From the NCBI GenBank assembly GCA_043228905.1, contig JBHGNT010000006.1, forward strand, positions 16,120,001 through 16,184,000: a stretch of 64,000 bases of DNA, written 5' to 3'. The position numbers and the translations under genes were made by a program. This document shows positions 12,601 through 25,639 of the stretch, in pieces. Within the stretch, counting starts at the first letter, position 1. Each line of letters starts with the position of its first letter. The notes beneath the pieces are model-generated. The model made no database searches. It had not been told where the DNA came from and saw only the letters and a list, made by a program, of their open reading frames with translations. Source of the stretch: Azolla caroliniana. Its lineage: Eukaryota > Plantae > Polypodiophyta.

Positions 12601-13245
12601 ACCGGCTTTTACCTTGTCAAATACATCGGCATAAGGATGATATTTTGCCGGAAGTTGTACTGAGGAGTCCTTCTTAATAGTGCTGGAAGGATGTACTGAT
12701 ATGGAAAATAGGAACATTGCCTCCTTGGGTCCTTCTTCGCGTAGTTGATGGAGTGAAATGGTCGAAACTCGACGAGTTGATTCTTGGGGTGGTCGATATC
12801 GGACTTCTCTTGTTCTCCAATCTATGGCTGGATTATGTAACTCAAGCCAAGGTAATCCTAGGACAATGGGATGCTCTGGACTACTAATTATATTAAATGA
12901 TATTATACACACAAAACTACCTAGGACAACTTGAATGGGTTCTGATTCTTCTACAATATTCCCGGAAGCAATGGGACGACCATCAATGACCACTACAGGT
13001 GCGGGACAAGGAAGTTTTCTTAAGGATATCTGAGAAGCTTGGGTAAAATTTCGATCCATGAAACAGGAATTAGCTCCGGAATCTAAAAGTGCTAGGACGG
13101 GTACTGGGGGAGTACTTTTAGTACTAACAATGACTTGGGCTAGGAACACATTGCTAACTTGCTTGGAAGGAATGGAACCACTAATGGGCTGTACAAACCT
13201 AGGGCTGCTGTCCAACCAAATGGCTCCTATTTTGGCTGGACTCAA
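9673..13245 (-). CDS. pol: Pol polyprotein PR-RT-RNase H-IN-chromodomain, in the -1 frame relative to gag
   Basis: 1190-aa ORF: LLDSGA protease, YLDD RT, EADASDFA RNase H, HHCC plus DDE integrase, GPF motif, C-terminal chromodomain EYEVAAILD...YYLVDWLGY...TWEP. Confidence 0.96.
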   Translation of the reverse strand: MSPAKIGAIWLDSSPRFVQPISGSIPSKQVSNVFLAQVIVSTKSTPPVPVLALLDSGANSCFMDRNFTQASQISLRKLPCPAPVVVIDGRPIASGNIVEESEPIQVVLGSFVCIISFNIISSPEHPIVLGLPWLELHNPAIDWRTREVRYRPPQESTRRVSTISLHQLREEGPKEAMFLFSISVHPSSTIKKDSSVQLPAKYHPYADVFDKVKAGTLPHHRPYDCPIDLQPGTEPPWGPIYNLSPTELEVLRAYIEENLASGFIRHSKSPAGAPIFFVKKKDGSLRLVVDYRGLNKVTIRNRYALPLISSLLERVNGAKFFTKIDLRGAYNLVRIRPGDEWKTAFRTRYGHFEYTVMPFGLTNAPAVFQHMANDIFRDLLDICLIIYLDDLLIYSKTQEEHDSHVLLVLKQLRENGLYAKLEKCSFDCKQVEFLGYVISSKGIAMDPAKIQTVLEWQIPRSVRDVQCFLGFANFYRKFIQDYSKIILPLTQLTKKGQAFLWSIEADMAFRHLKKAFTSAPILAHVDTSKPFIMEADASDFALGSILSQQGDKEELHLVAFHSRKFDVAEINYEIHDKELLAIVDSFVQWRHFLEGSPHQVIVFSDHKNLAYFQNARVLNRRQARWAQFLTLFDFKITYRPGKQQGKADALSRRSYLAPRPGEATFDNQKQVILGPTRLHTTRIFHTPMDSRITDDIRATLKTDNFAQDILAHIDTSRASCSQSQQPGIDYRQFECHDGLLFFKKRVYVPDCSCRLQIVQHCHDTHTAGHFGSTKTLELVQRSFWWPHMRRFVDDYVRTCDACCRAKMPRHHPYGLLEPLPILSKPWQSICLDFITDLPVSKGFDAILTVVDRYTKMAHFVPCTKAITSEETAALVMREVFRHHGLPDSIISDRGPQFVSKFWQHLFKMLKVSCNLSSGYHPQTDGQAERTNQTLEQYLRCFLSYQQDDWAEILHFAEFAYNNAIHSSTRVSPFFAYTGFHPRWSVIDTPELPTNPRAEDHLERLRKIQMDLSTHLRHAQHTQKTYADRHRIPSSFAIGDRVWLLRRHIKTTRPCDKLDYRRLGPFRITRKINDVTFRLDLPPQLQIHPVFHCSLLEPYKANTIPDRVTPPPPPLELDAGPEYEVAAILDSKLVRNKLYYLVDWLGYSPSERTWEPVENVANAQDLLADFHRKYPDKPGPQVALTRSTRRL

Positions 13246-14399
13246 TCGTTTAACTCTTCATCTAATTGACTAAGGATTTCAAATTTATTTGAGATACTTG
13301 GGCTATTAGTACTATGAATACTATCTGACACTCTATTAGTACTATTACTACTATCAGACACTCCGAAGGGAAGAATTGACTCAGGTTTAGTACAGGCGAC
13401 AATTTGATTTACCTGTCTTCTTGGCCTATGGGGACAATTGATGGCGATATGTCCTGGTCCACCGCAATAAAGGCATAATCGATTGGCACGTCGTCGTTGC
13501 TTTTCTTCTTCCGATAACGGGCCGCGTCGACGCATGGTATCGATCTCCATCGGTGTCGAAGTATTTGCTTGAGGTATGTCTCGTGCAAACGGTTTAGCCG
13601 CGACTGCGGTGTAAGTGGGCTCTGGCCTAGAGCGTGGTATCTGTAATTGACGTTCTGAACGCCGTTCAAAAAGGCGGTTGTCACATCGAACTGCTCGACT
13701 GATTGCCTCCGTAAGAGACTTTGGTTCTTCGGGGAAAGTTAGAAGTAGATCTTTGACATCGTTTCGCAAGCCATAGCGAAACTGCTCCATTAGTGCTTGA
13801 TCATCCCAGGGTATATCTGAAGCAAGTAGGCGGAAATCCGCCGCGTAGGCAAAGGCTGGACGATCGCCTTGACGCAATCGCCGGATCTTGTTGATCGCCG
13901 TCCTGATGCTGTCGGTGTCTCCAAAGCAGGCTTTAAACTCACCAATAAAATCTTCAAAGTTATTAAGCAAGGGCGATTGTTTTTCTAGAAGCGGAGCGAA
14001 CCATGCCAAGGCTGAGCCGCTAAGTAGCGTGCCTATTAGGCCGACTCGAGATGCATCAGTGGGATATCGGGAAGGATGCATCTGGATGACTAAGCGTACC
14101 TGATTAAGGAATCCCCGAAATTGCGAACGCGTTCCATCAAATTTCACAGGAAGTCCAATCTTGGGCTCTTTATGAAATCCTTGGGGACTGGATCCTTGTT
14201 GTTGCAACGTTGCTTCGAGTTGTTGTACCCGTAATGCTAACTCCCCATGTTGTTGTTGCGTTTGTTGTTTTTCTAGAGCGATTTGTTGCAGATCCCCTAT
14301 CAGCCGTTGGTTTTCTTGTTCCAAGGCAACAAACTTTTCTTTTAGGCACTGTAGCTCGGAGAAAACGGATTGGTATTCTTGGGCGCTAACAGTAGCCAT
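13242..14399 (-). CDS. gag: Gag of the gypsy chromovirus (coiled coil, capsid, CCHC knuckle)
   Basis: 385-aa ORF with EPKIGLPVKFDGTR, a retrotransposon-gag core, PMEID and CLYCGGPGHIAINC. Confidence 0.93.
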   Translation of the reverse strand: MATVSAQEYQSVFSELQCLKEKFVALEQENQRLIGDLQQIALEKQQTQQQHGELALRVQQLEATLQQQGSSPQGFHKEPKIGLPVKFDGTRSQFRGFLNQVRLVIQMHPSRYPTDASRVGLIGTLLSGSALAWFAPLLEKQSPLLNNFEDFIGEFKACFGDTDSIRTAINKIRRLRQGDRPAFAYAADFRLLASDIPWDDQALMEQFRYGLRNDVKDLLLTFPEEPKSLTEAISRAVRCDNRLFERRSERQLQIPRSRPEPTYTAVAAKPFARDIPQANTSTPMEIDTMRRRGPLSEEEKQRRRANRLCLYCGGPGHIAINCPHRPRRQVNQIVACTKPESILPFGVSDSSNSTNRVSDSIHSTNSPSISNKFEILSQLDEELND

Positions 14400-15467
14400 A
14401 GTATAGGGGAAAGGGTAGGAGGATGAGGGAGAGTGACAAGTAGGCTAGAGGAAAAAATTGGTTCAAACTGTCAGGAATAGTACTAAAACAGAGATGGAAT
14501 TAGTACTAAGAAGAGTAGTACTATTAGTACTAAGAGGACGGGACTGCGTAAGATTCCCGAGAGAGAGGAAGTGAGAAGAGGAGAGAGAGAGGGAAATAGG
14601 ATGATGACAGCAGCTCTTATATTATATGAAAGATAAGTACAAATCGACTAAGAGGCTTAAGACTGGTGTTGAACCAATTTGGTTCAACATAATGCTTAGT
14701 GCCTTCTTTTATAGTGTTCTCAGGAATAATCCTGAAGCTTCTAGAATGTTCCAGAGAAATCTGGAATATACATTACTTTCTTATAATAAAACATAAATGA
14801 AAATAATATTCTATGAATTACAATAGATGGTGAGATGGTTAAGAGCTCGACCCATATACCATAAGGTCATGGGTTCGAGTCTTGCCATCTCATGACACCT
14901 TCTAGCTCCTATGACACGGTCTCTTGTGCCACAACTCACTGGCAATGTCAGATGCTACATTCACTTCTTCCCAGCATATCCAGGCATGCATCAGATACAT
15001 CGTGTTGATCTTTTGGGCTCGAGCCACAATCAGGCTTCCCTTGTTGAACTTCATGACTTTGTTCCAGATGCTACCCGTGTAGCCTTCATTGTCTAGCCGA
15101 CCGGCTGATATTAGGTTCAATCGAACCTCCAGAATGTGTCAAACTTCTTTCATTAGCAATTTGCATCCGGTTGATGTTGTCAACAACACATTGCCTATGC
15201 CGACAATTCGGCATGTACCTTCATTCTCCATCTGGACACAACTGTGATCTCCGGATATGTAGGATGAGAAGCATTTCCGGTCCGGTGTCAAATGGAACGA
15301 CACTCCGGAATTGACAACCCACGTTGTCTCATCGCCGACAAGGTTTAACTCATTCTCCTCGGTAATGAGCATAAGTTCTTCTTCACTTGTCGCGATTGCC
15401 GACGTTCTCGTCCAATCCGAGCCTCTCCGGTCCGAACCGTTTTGGTCCGAACCGTTTTGGTCCGAAC

Positions 15468-18400
15468 TGTTGAGAATCAAGCTCAACTTGGTATAGTGTG
15501 TGAACTCACCTTGAGAGTGAAGAGACACTCCAACGGTCAAGAGTCACCATTATGTCACCACTTTGTATTCTAGCATTTAGTATGAGTCATAGAATCATAT
15601 TCTATGACACATAACTTATGAGCTTTCACATTCCCCATGCTCCATGAGTCTTGTAGTTAATGAAGAGAGAGGGTGACTACATAAAGCACCCTCCTCCCAC
15701 CTTGTATAATGTTGAGTCTTTCTCCTTTGTCAATATACTTTTACCTTGCGTATTCCTTGTCTCTCTCTCTCATACACACACATAACTCATATCTTTTCCG
15801 CTTCACAAGAATCCATTTCTTGATTATTTACATGGTATCAGAGCGATTTGATAGCTCGATCTAGCCCATTCGCCTCATCGTGATCGTATGTTGTGCTCTA
15901 CGCCGACGACCAAGAACCGGCTCATAGCTATTGTAGCTTCGCTACATAGCTCGCATTCGAAGAGAGAAGAAGAAGAAGAAGAAGAATCGACATATGAATA
16001 CTCAAATGGGGAGCGCTCTCCCTACCGAGAAGTTGGATCGAAACAACTTCGCATCTTGGGAGTACAAGATGCACCAATACCTTGTCGGACAAGGCTATTG
16101 GAGCTACATCAAAGGAGCACATGAAGACCGACCCGCCGAAGCGGCTCCCGGATACGCGACATGGGAGCAAGCCGCAAGCCGCGTGATGTATTGTTTGGCG
16201 ACATGTGTTCACGACTACATGCTCAGTTACATTCGAGAAGCCAAGACGTTGAAGGAAGCGTGGGAAAATCTACGAAAGGTTTTCGCCGCCAACACGACCG
16301 CGAGGAAGCTTCAACTCCGCCAAGAGTTGAACAACATTCAACAAAGGGACATGTCCATCACGACGTACACCTTGAAGATCAAGGATCTTTGCGACTCTCT
16401 CGGCTCAATAAGCGTAAGTATAGATGATGATGAGATGGTGCAAATATGCCTCGGCGGCCTTGCACCACGGTTCGGTGCGATGCGAACCGCCGTTCTAGCA
16501 TGGGAGAAATCTCCCTCCTTCTTCGAGCTCCAATCAATGCTATTGGTCGAAGAAAACCACGCGCGTACAAGGAGCAATGAGTCGGAAGGCCACATGATCT
16601 ACACGCACTCTAATGGAGGAAGAGGATGCGGACGAGCGAGAGGCCGATTCGGCCAAGGACAAGGCGGACGAGGTCCGACCTATGACAACAACTCCCAATT
16701 TCGGCCGCAAAACGGAGGCCAACGAGGAACCTTCGCAAGAAGGGGGAGCTTCCACTCCGGCCCGAGCCGTCAAAACGCAACCAAATGCGGATATTGTGGA
16801 AAGCTCGGCCACCATGAAGAAGAGTGCCGAAAGAAGATGCGTGAATCGGCTTCCACAAGCCAACAACTCACGAATGACGCGCACAATTCCGACTACGAAG
16901 AGTATAACGGAATGCACGGGCACAAATCCAACTACGAAGATCATGGCGAAATGTATGCACACAACTCCAACCATGGCGGAATGTATGGGCACAACTCCGA
17001 CTATGAAGATCGTAGCGGATGTATGCACACAACTACGACCGTGGCGGAATGTTCATGATGAAACATAGAGCAAACTCTATGTCGGCCGCTACCTCAACTA
17101 GTGCCTCCGGTCCGGAAGACGTATGGTTCGTCGATTCCGGTGCCTCGAACCATATGACATCGCATCAAGAATGGTTCCGAGAACTTCGAGAGCCGGACCG
17201 ACCCGGCTATGTCGAAACCGGAGACGACACTACGCACCCGATTCGGCACATTGGCAATGTTTCGTTCGGAAAAGAAGGTAAGCAAAATTACATTAAAAAT
17301 GTCTTGCATGTACCGACCATCATGAAGAATTTGGTCTCCGTCGGCCAAATTGTAGAGCAAGGGATGCAAGTTCGATTTAATCAAGGCGGTTGCTTCATCG
17401 AAAAAGAGGGCCGACTCATCGCACGCGGATGAAGAGAGGGCCGGATGTTCATTCTCGATTCACGCGAGATGAAATCCGCCATGTTCGCGAAAAACACAAA
17501 AGTCGACTCCGACATACAGCTATGACACAAGCGAATCGGCCACATCAATCTCAACAAACTCAAAGCAATGAAATCGAAAGGAGTCATCATCGAACTCCCG
17601 ACATTCAAAGAGAAGGAGATTGAAGGTGTATGCGAAGCGTGCCAATTCGGCAAGCAACACCGACACCCATTCCCGAAAGAGTGGAACGTGAGCAAAGGTC
17701 TACTCGACGTAGTCCATTCCGACGTATGGGGACCGCGCAGACGGCTACATTCGGCGGATGCTGATATTACGTGCTCTTCATCGATGACTTCTCTAGGCAC
17801 ACTTGGATCTACTCGATGCGGCAAAAGAGCGAAGTGTTCGGACACTTCCAAAAATTCAAGCATGAAGTCGAGAAAGCCACGGGCCGACATGTATGTTGTC
17901 TTCAATCGGATGGCGGCAAGGAGTACTTCTCGGACGATTTCACGGCGTATCTCCGAAAGGAAGGAATTCGGCGAGAATTCACTTGCCGACACACTCCGCA
18001 ACAAAACGGGGTAGCCGAGCGCAAAAATCGGCACATCCTCGAAGTAGCGTGGGCAATGATGAATGAGAAGCATATGCCCAAGTCTTATTGGGCCGAAGCT
18101 GCAAATACGACCGTCTACCTAATGAACCGGTGCACAACATCCGTCGTGCACGAGGTCACTCCGCACGAAAAATACTTCGGAAAGAAGCCAGACTTATCGC
18201 ACATCCGGATATTCGGCGCGATAGCGTACGTGCACATCCCCAACAAGAAGCGTCAAAAGCTTGACCCGAAGTTGGAGAAATGTATCCTCATAGGATACTC
18301 ATTGGAGCAAAAGGGGTACAAATTCTACAACCCCTCAACTTGAAAATCTCGAGTAAGTCGAGACATCGTTTTTGACGAGTCCGCATCTTGGTACGCACTA

Positions 18401-20956
18401 GAGACAACTTCGCCTTCGCTTGACCCGGAATTTGCCGAACAAGAGATCGAGGATGAAGATCGCCCTACGCGCATGATCGAAGAAAGTCCGATCACGACCT
18501 GCGATCAAAGCACATCACGACCTAGCCCGAAGATGGACAAAGGCAAGGCGAAAATGGCGGAGTATGAAGACGATCGCTTCGACGACGATGAATCGACTCA
18601 CTCACTCGACAGTGAGTTCGGCGGCTTCGATGTACCAATCGGAGCTAAGAAATCCCTCATCTCTGCAAATGAAAAGCTCCGCCGATCCACTCGTGAAAAG
18701 AACCCCGTAAGCCGATTTGGCTACAACGATTATATGGCGTATCATTACGCCTTTATGATGAAGGTAGCGACAATACAGGAGCCGGAAACTTTTTCGGAAG
18801 CCGCGAAGGACCCGGGATGGATCGAAGCAATGAACGAGGAAATGCAGGCACTACGGAAGAACGAGACGTGGGATCTCGTTCCCACCTCACCACACAAAAA
18901 GGCGATCGGATGCAGATGGATCTACAAGGTGAAGTATAATGTAGATGGCTCCATAAATCGCTACAAAGCTCGACTCGTAGCGAAAGGATACACTCAGACG
19001 CATGGCATCGACTACGAACAGACCTTTGCCCCGGTGGCAAAGATGACGACGGTGTGGACTGTAATTGCGATTGCCACGGCGAAAGGGTGGCACCTCCATC
19101 AAATGGACGTCAAGAACACCTTTCTACAAGGCGAATTAGAAGAGGAGGTGTATATGATCCAACTACCCGGCTTCAACTCGAGCACCAATCTGAAAGTAGT
19201 TTGCCAACTCAAGAAGCCACTCTACGGCCTCAAGCAAGCACCGTGTACTTGGCATTCGAAGATAACGCAATATCTTCATCAAATCGGCTTCCGCATGTCA
19301 AAATCGGACAACTCCCTCTACATAAGAAGTGATTCCGCAAGTCCGATCATCATCATCTTATATGTGGATGACCTAGTCATTGGAGGTGAGCATCTCGTAG
19401 AAATCAATAAAGTCAAATCCCTCCTTTCTGACAAGTTCGAGATGACGGACATGAAGGAGCTCCACTACTTCCTCGGCATCGAGGTAATTATGACTCTGGC
19501 CGGAATCATGATCTCTCAACGGCACTACATCCTCAACTTATTGTACAAGTTCGGGATGGCTGAGTGCAAATCCGTGGCAACCCCGCTCGATCATAATCTC
19601 AAACTAGATGCGAACTCCGGCACCAAAGCGTGTGAGCCGACTCAGTATCGGCAACTCATCGAGAGTCTCATCTACCTCATGATCACACGACCCGATCTCA
19701 GTTATCCGGTCGGTCTCCTTAGCCAATTCATGCAAACACCACGTGATACTCACTTGGATTGCGCTAAGCGAGTTCTACGCTACGTGAGCGGCACAATGGA
19801 TTGCGGCATCCTCTACAAGATCGCGATGCTAATACGACTCGAGGGGTACATAGATGCCGATTGGGCCGGCTACAAAGCTGATAGAAGATCAACCTCCGGA
19901 TTTGTTTTTTCCCTCGGCAGCGGAGCAATATCCTAGAGTAGCAAGAAGCAGCCTACTGTCGCTCTTTCGAGTACGGAGGCGGAATACAGGGGCGCAACCG
20001 TAGCTGCGTGTGAAGCCATATGGCTGAAGAGGATTTTGAAGGATCTGGGCGTACCCATCAAGGATCCGACTTCCCTTTACTGTGACAACATGAGCACTAT
20101 CTATCTGGCTCGGAACCCGGTGTTCCACACACGGACAAAGCACATCGAAGTGCACTATCACTTCATCCGAGAGCGCGTTCTGGCTAGCGATGTCGATCTA
20201 CAACACATTAGCACCAATCTTCAAATGGCCGACATCTTCACCGAAGCCTTAGGAGCCGACAAGCTATGGCAATTCATGACCGATCTCGGATTGACGATCC
20301 CTGACTTGCCAAGCTTGAGGGGGAGTATTGAAGACACTATGCAATAACGCGTGGATTCCGCAACCATGCAACGAAGTAGCGAAGAACCGATCTACCGCGC
20401 AAAGCCACGAAGAAAGACGCAAGCCGAAGCACAGACTTCGTAACTACGCACAACGCAAGTTGGGGCACGGACTCCGCAACTCCGCATAAAGCGAATCGAC
20501 GCGGACTTCGGAACGCAAGTTGAAGCGGATTTTGAATACCGTCTGAAACCGACCCGACTTGAGCTTGTGGGGGTGTGTTGAGAATCAAGCTCAACTTGGT
20601 ATAGTGTGTGAACTCACCTTGAGAGTGAAGAGACACTCCAACGGTCAAGAGTCACCATTATGTCACCACTTTGTATTCTAGCATTTAGTATGAGTCATAG
20701 AATCATATTCTATGACACATAACTTATGAGCTTTCACATTCCCCATGCTCCATGAGTCTTGTAGTTAATGAAGAGAGAGGGTGACTACATAAAGCACCCT
20801 CCTCCCACCTTGTATAATGTTGAGTCTTTCTCCTTTGTCAATATACTTTTACCTTGCATATTCCTTGTCTCTCTCACTCTCTCTTTCTCTCTCTCATACA
20901 CACACATAACTCATATCTCTTCCGCTTCACACGAATCCATTTCTTGATTCTTTACA
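15468..20956 (+). mobile_element. Ty1/copia element F nested in B; full-length with stops and frameshifts
   Basis: LTRs 15468-15832 and 20576-20956. TSD CGAAC at 15463-15467 and 20957-20961. PBS TGGTATCAGAGC 15833-15844. gag 15994-17058, protease WFVDSGAS, integrase, RT 18473-19936 (LYVDD), RNase H. Confidence 0.95.
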
Positions 20957-22591
20957 CGAACTCTTCTTCGGATTGGTATTGTCGGTCCCTTTCTCTTTCC
21001 GGAAATGCCGATAGTTCTTCTGAAAGTGCCCCGACTTTCCGCAATAAAATCAAGTAGGCCTCTCCCTTGACTTCGACCTTGTCCCCGATTTGTCTTGGTT
21101 TTGGGGACTTTGATACAGGCCTCTTCCCCGGTTTTGGTCATCTTCTGTGACCAAGGCCTTCGGATTGATTCCGGACTCCTGGTCCTTCTGACGAGCTTCT
21201 TCATCTAGTAAACTTGATTTTACCCTTGCTAGGGACAACTGCTTTCATTCCGGCCCGACGTTGCTCAAAGTGACAACTAACGTCTCCCAACTATTCGGGA
21301 GGGAACCGAGCAGGAGCAATGCAAGTACCTCGTCGGCTAGAGGTACTTCAAGCAAAGTTGTTTGGTTTATGAACCCTTGAAGTGCATTCATGTGCTCTGC
21401 CATGCTGGATACGTCATGGTATTAGAGTCTCACTAACTTCTGGAATACCGAAACCTGATTTACGACGTTTTTACTCTCCAACATAGTGTTGTTTTTCTCC
21501 CAGAGCATATGAGCTTTACTTTCTTCATTGAAGTTGTTGTACACACTCATGTCAATGAAGCACCGTATGTATGCCGTCGTCTTCATGTGCAACACCTCCC
21601 ATGTCACGACATCAATCTTGTCTGGTTTCTTGTCCCCGACCTGTACTGGCAGCCAAAGATCTTTGACCACGAGCATGTCCCTCATCTTCGACTTCCACAC
21701 TAGGTAGTTGGAGCCGATGATGTTGAATATGCCGCCGAATGATTCTTCCATTTCCTTTGTTCACTCTTATACCAGTTTGTGCGGAAATGACACTCGCCCA
21801 CAACCGAGTCTTCAACAAGGAATAAAAGAGAACAAACTAAAACAGAGATGACACTTGATATTTACATGGAAAACCCTAAATGGGAAAAACCATGGGAGCC
21901 CACAGACTCCAACTATCACTATAAGGGGAGGATTACAATGTGAGACTCAGAGGCAACGACCTCGAGCTCTATGTCTTCACCAACCGGCAGTTACAACAGA
22001 AAACTCGTTCTGTACCTCTCTCTCTCTCTCTCACTCTTAGAGAGACAATGCTACCAGGCATACTTTCAAGAGCCACGGACTAAGGGATGGCTCTTTGACT
22101 CATTAGTGACCCCTTCCCTCATGTATGCATAAGTAGTATGGGCTCCAGGTCTACCATCTTTCATGTGGATGCAATTAGAGAGACCTTTGGTGACGATGTT
22201 ATCACGTCAACTCCGAAGCAAATCGACAGTACCACATGACATTATTAGAGCAAAGTGTAGGGTTCCCTCGATGTTAGTAGAAGCATTGTTTCAAGTGGTA
22301 GTTTTTATTCATCGAATACATAGCCAACCACAAGATAGAATATCCCGTCGAGCCTTTGAGGCATCTCTATCCCTACATGCGTCTAGAGACACTAGCTCTT
22401 GGCATAGCACTATGGTGAGTTGGTTACTTGCAAACGGCATAGACATTAATAACCTACCCCCCCTTAAGTACAACCATGGGACTGACCAAAATCTAATATC
22501 TCATGAAGACCGTAATAAAGTGATACGCCAAGAAATATGGTAAATTTACACTCGATATAAATGGATCACCCCACGAGAGCCACTCTCATCT

Positions 22592-22970
22592 TGTTGAGCG
22601 GCAAGCTGAACTAGAGCCGGATCGGCTGAATAAGCCTGAGTTGGTGAGCAAGACGGATCGGTGAGCCGGTGAGCACCTGGTGAGCAAAAGAGCTGGTGAG
22701 CTAGGGAGCCGGTTAGCCGGATCCAACAGTAACTGGAAGCCTAGTAATAGTATAGATTACTAGGTAGTTATTGTCTCGTAGTTAGTGTCAGATGCTCGTG
22801 TGAGCATTGAAGTATGTTGTACTTCTGTCAGTCCCATGAGGACTTGTATAAATAGTGTTTTTGAGCATGTTGTATGTACAGAGTGTTTATATAATTTTTG
22901 AATTTAGATTCTTGTTCTGCTCTCTTTGTCTCTCCCAAGTATTCTATGTATTATGTGTATTACACACACA

Positions 22971-23005
<35 letters not shown>

Positions 23006-25608
23006 GCTACACAACCAAGTTGTTGTCTTACGCTTCTGCACATACGCTTCCACATGGTATCAGAGCATGAGGGTTGAAGACTTTTGTAGCCGACATTTGC
23101 TTTTGCAAGAAAAACCCTACAGGTTGTGAGAACAGAACAGTAGATAGAGAAAAAATATGGACAGAGGTATGGCGAGTTCACTTCCTACAAAGAAGCTCAA
23201 CTGGAGCAACTACGCGTCCTGGTCATACAAAATGCATCGGTACTTACTGGGGCATGGGTATTGGAGTTTCATGGAAGGAACGAATGAGGTAGCACAGAGC
23301 CTGGACACAAGGACTCCCCGGTATGGGAGCAAGGAGCAAGCCGAGTATTATACTGTCTTGCGTCCTGTGTGCACGACCAGATGCTCGGCTACATTAGGGA
23401 TGCAAAGATGCCGAAGGAGGCCTGGGAAAAGTACCACAACCCGTAAGTTGCAGCTCCGGCAAGAGCTGAACAACATCCGACAAAGAGATATGTCGGTTAC
23501 GGACTACACCACCAAAATAAAGGAGATTTGTGACGCGCTCGGGTCCATCAACGTGATGGTGGATGAAGACGAAATGGTACAAATCTGCCTTGGTGGTCTA
23601 GCACAAAGGTACGGGCCAATCCGGATAGCGATCTGCACCTGGGAGAAACCACCAATCTTCTTCGACTTGCAATCAATGCTGATGGTCGAAAAAACCACGT
23701 GAGTGAGTCTAGGACCACTCAATCGGACAACTGGATGCTGTACACGGAGGCGGATAGGCCTCGTGGGTGTGGGGGACGAGGTGGGTCGGCACGCATTGTA
23801 GGCGGCCGACAAGAGCAGGAAAGAAGGCATAGAGAACGTGCCGACAACAGTTCAGGGACTTCCACAAGCAGGGGGAGTCAAGGTGGCGCCGAAGGCTATC
23901 AAGACAAATCCGCCATGGAATGCTAGTACTGTGGCAAAAAGGGCCACAGAGAAAGTGAGTGCTGGACAGATCTGGATCCGGCAAAACCGGCCAGGAGAGC
24001 CGGCAAAGCTCGCACTACGTACAAGGATCGAAAGGATCCGGAATCGGGAAGACCGGTAAGGGGCCAGCCTTGGTAATGAAGCATGAGGCAAATTCGATGA
24101 AGAAGACCACTTCCAAATCGGAGGAAGTATGGTATGTTGATTCCGGTGCGTCGAGTCACATGACGAGCCACAAAGAGTGGTTTTCCTTCTTGGAGAAACC
24201 GGAACAACTGGGAGTTGTCGAAACCGGAGACGACATTCCTCACCCAATTGTGCATATCGGAGAAGTCCCTTTGAGCCACGTCGGACAGAGGGGGAAGGTG
24301 ATGAACGTATTACACGTTCCGACTATCACGAAGAACCTGGTGTCGGTTGGACAGATTGTCGACCAGGGGATGCAGGTGTGGTTTATGCACCTCGGGTGCT
24401 TCATTGAGGAAAGAGGGACAAATCATTGCGCAAGGGCGCACAGACGGGAGGATGTTCATCCTCAACATCAATGACGTCGGCACCGCGTTGTTCACCAAAG
24501 GACAGAAGATTGAATTGGATATTGATCTCTGGCACAAGCGGATCGGCCACGTCAATTATCGGCGGCTTCAAGACTTGCAAACAAAACAAGTTGTTTTCGG
24601 TTTGCCGAAGTTTAGTGCCCGGAAGGCCCATGTATGTGAAGCCTGCCAACTCGGGAAGCAACACCAGCTTCCATTCCCCACCAAACAAAACCGTGGCCGT
24701 AACAAACCATATGGGGACCGGCACAGAATGTGAGTCTTGGCGGGAGTCGATATTTCGTCTCCTTCATCGATGACTATAGCCGGCACACATGGATCTACCT
24801 CATTGAGCGGAAGAGCGAAGTCTTCGAGTGTTTCTGAAACCTGCAAAACTTGGTTGAACGGGAAATGGAAAGGAAGATCAAGTGCTTGCGGTCAGATGGC
24901 GGAAAAAAATATTTTTCCGGCAAATTCAACAGTTATCTGCAGCAAACAGGAATTCGGCGAGAGTTCAGCTGCAAATACACACCGGAACTGAATGGAGTAG
25001 CCGAAAGGAAGAACCGGTCGCTTATCGACGCGGCAAGGGCAATGCTGGAAGAGTAGAGCATGCCCCATTTCTACTGGGCGAAGATGGTCCGGACAACCAT
25101 CTACATCCAAAACTGAATCGGTGACAAGGTGTCCGCGCATGAGCTATATTTCGGGCGCAAGCCGAATTTGCGACACCTTTGGATATTCGGTAGCATTGCA
25201 TATGTGCATGTGCCGGATGAGAAGCGGAGGAAGTTGGATGCAAAGTCGGAGAAATGCATCCTCGTCGGCTACCCACATGAGCAAAAGGGGTATAAATGTT
25301 ATAACCCCCGGACGATGCAGGTCCGAGTTAGCCGTGATGTCGAGTTTGATGAAACGGCATCATGGTGCTCCTTACCAACTTCGACTTCCGACCCTGATCC
25401 GATGCCGAAAGACGAGGCTAGTGAGCCTGAACCGGCCCAGGTAGAAGATGATGAATCCGGGACTCAAGAAGAGAATCCGGAATTGTTTTGGTTGAGTGGG
25501 CCGAACGAGAGACTGGGTCAATTCGACTAGTCAGATGAGGAACCGGCGAGTAGTGAAGACTCTGCCGTGCTCTCCCCATGCAAGGAACCGAGGAGACAGT
25601 TCACGCGC

Positions 25609-25639
<31 letters not shown>

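Larger units (their letters stand above)
9233..14897 (-). mobile_element. Intact Ty3/gypsy chromovirus (Tcn1/Tf1-like) nested in B
   Basis: 429-bp LTRs 9233-9661 and 14469-14897 with only 2 differences seen. TSD CCTTC at 9228-9232 and 14898-14902. Uninterrupted gag and pol; PPT next to the 3' LTR. Confidence 0.97.
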
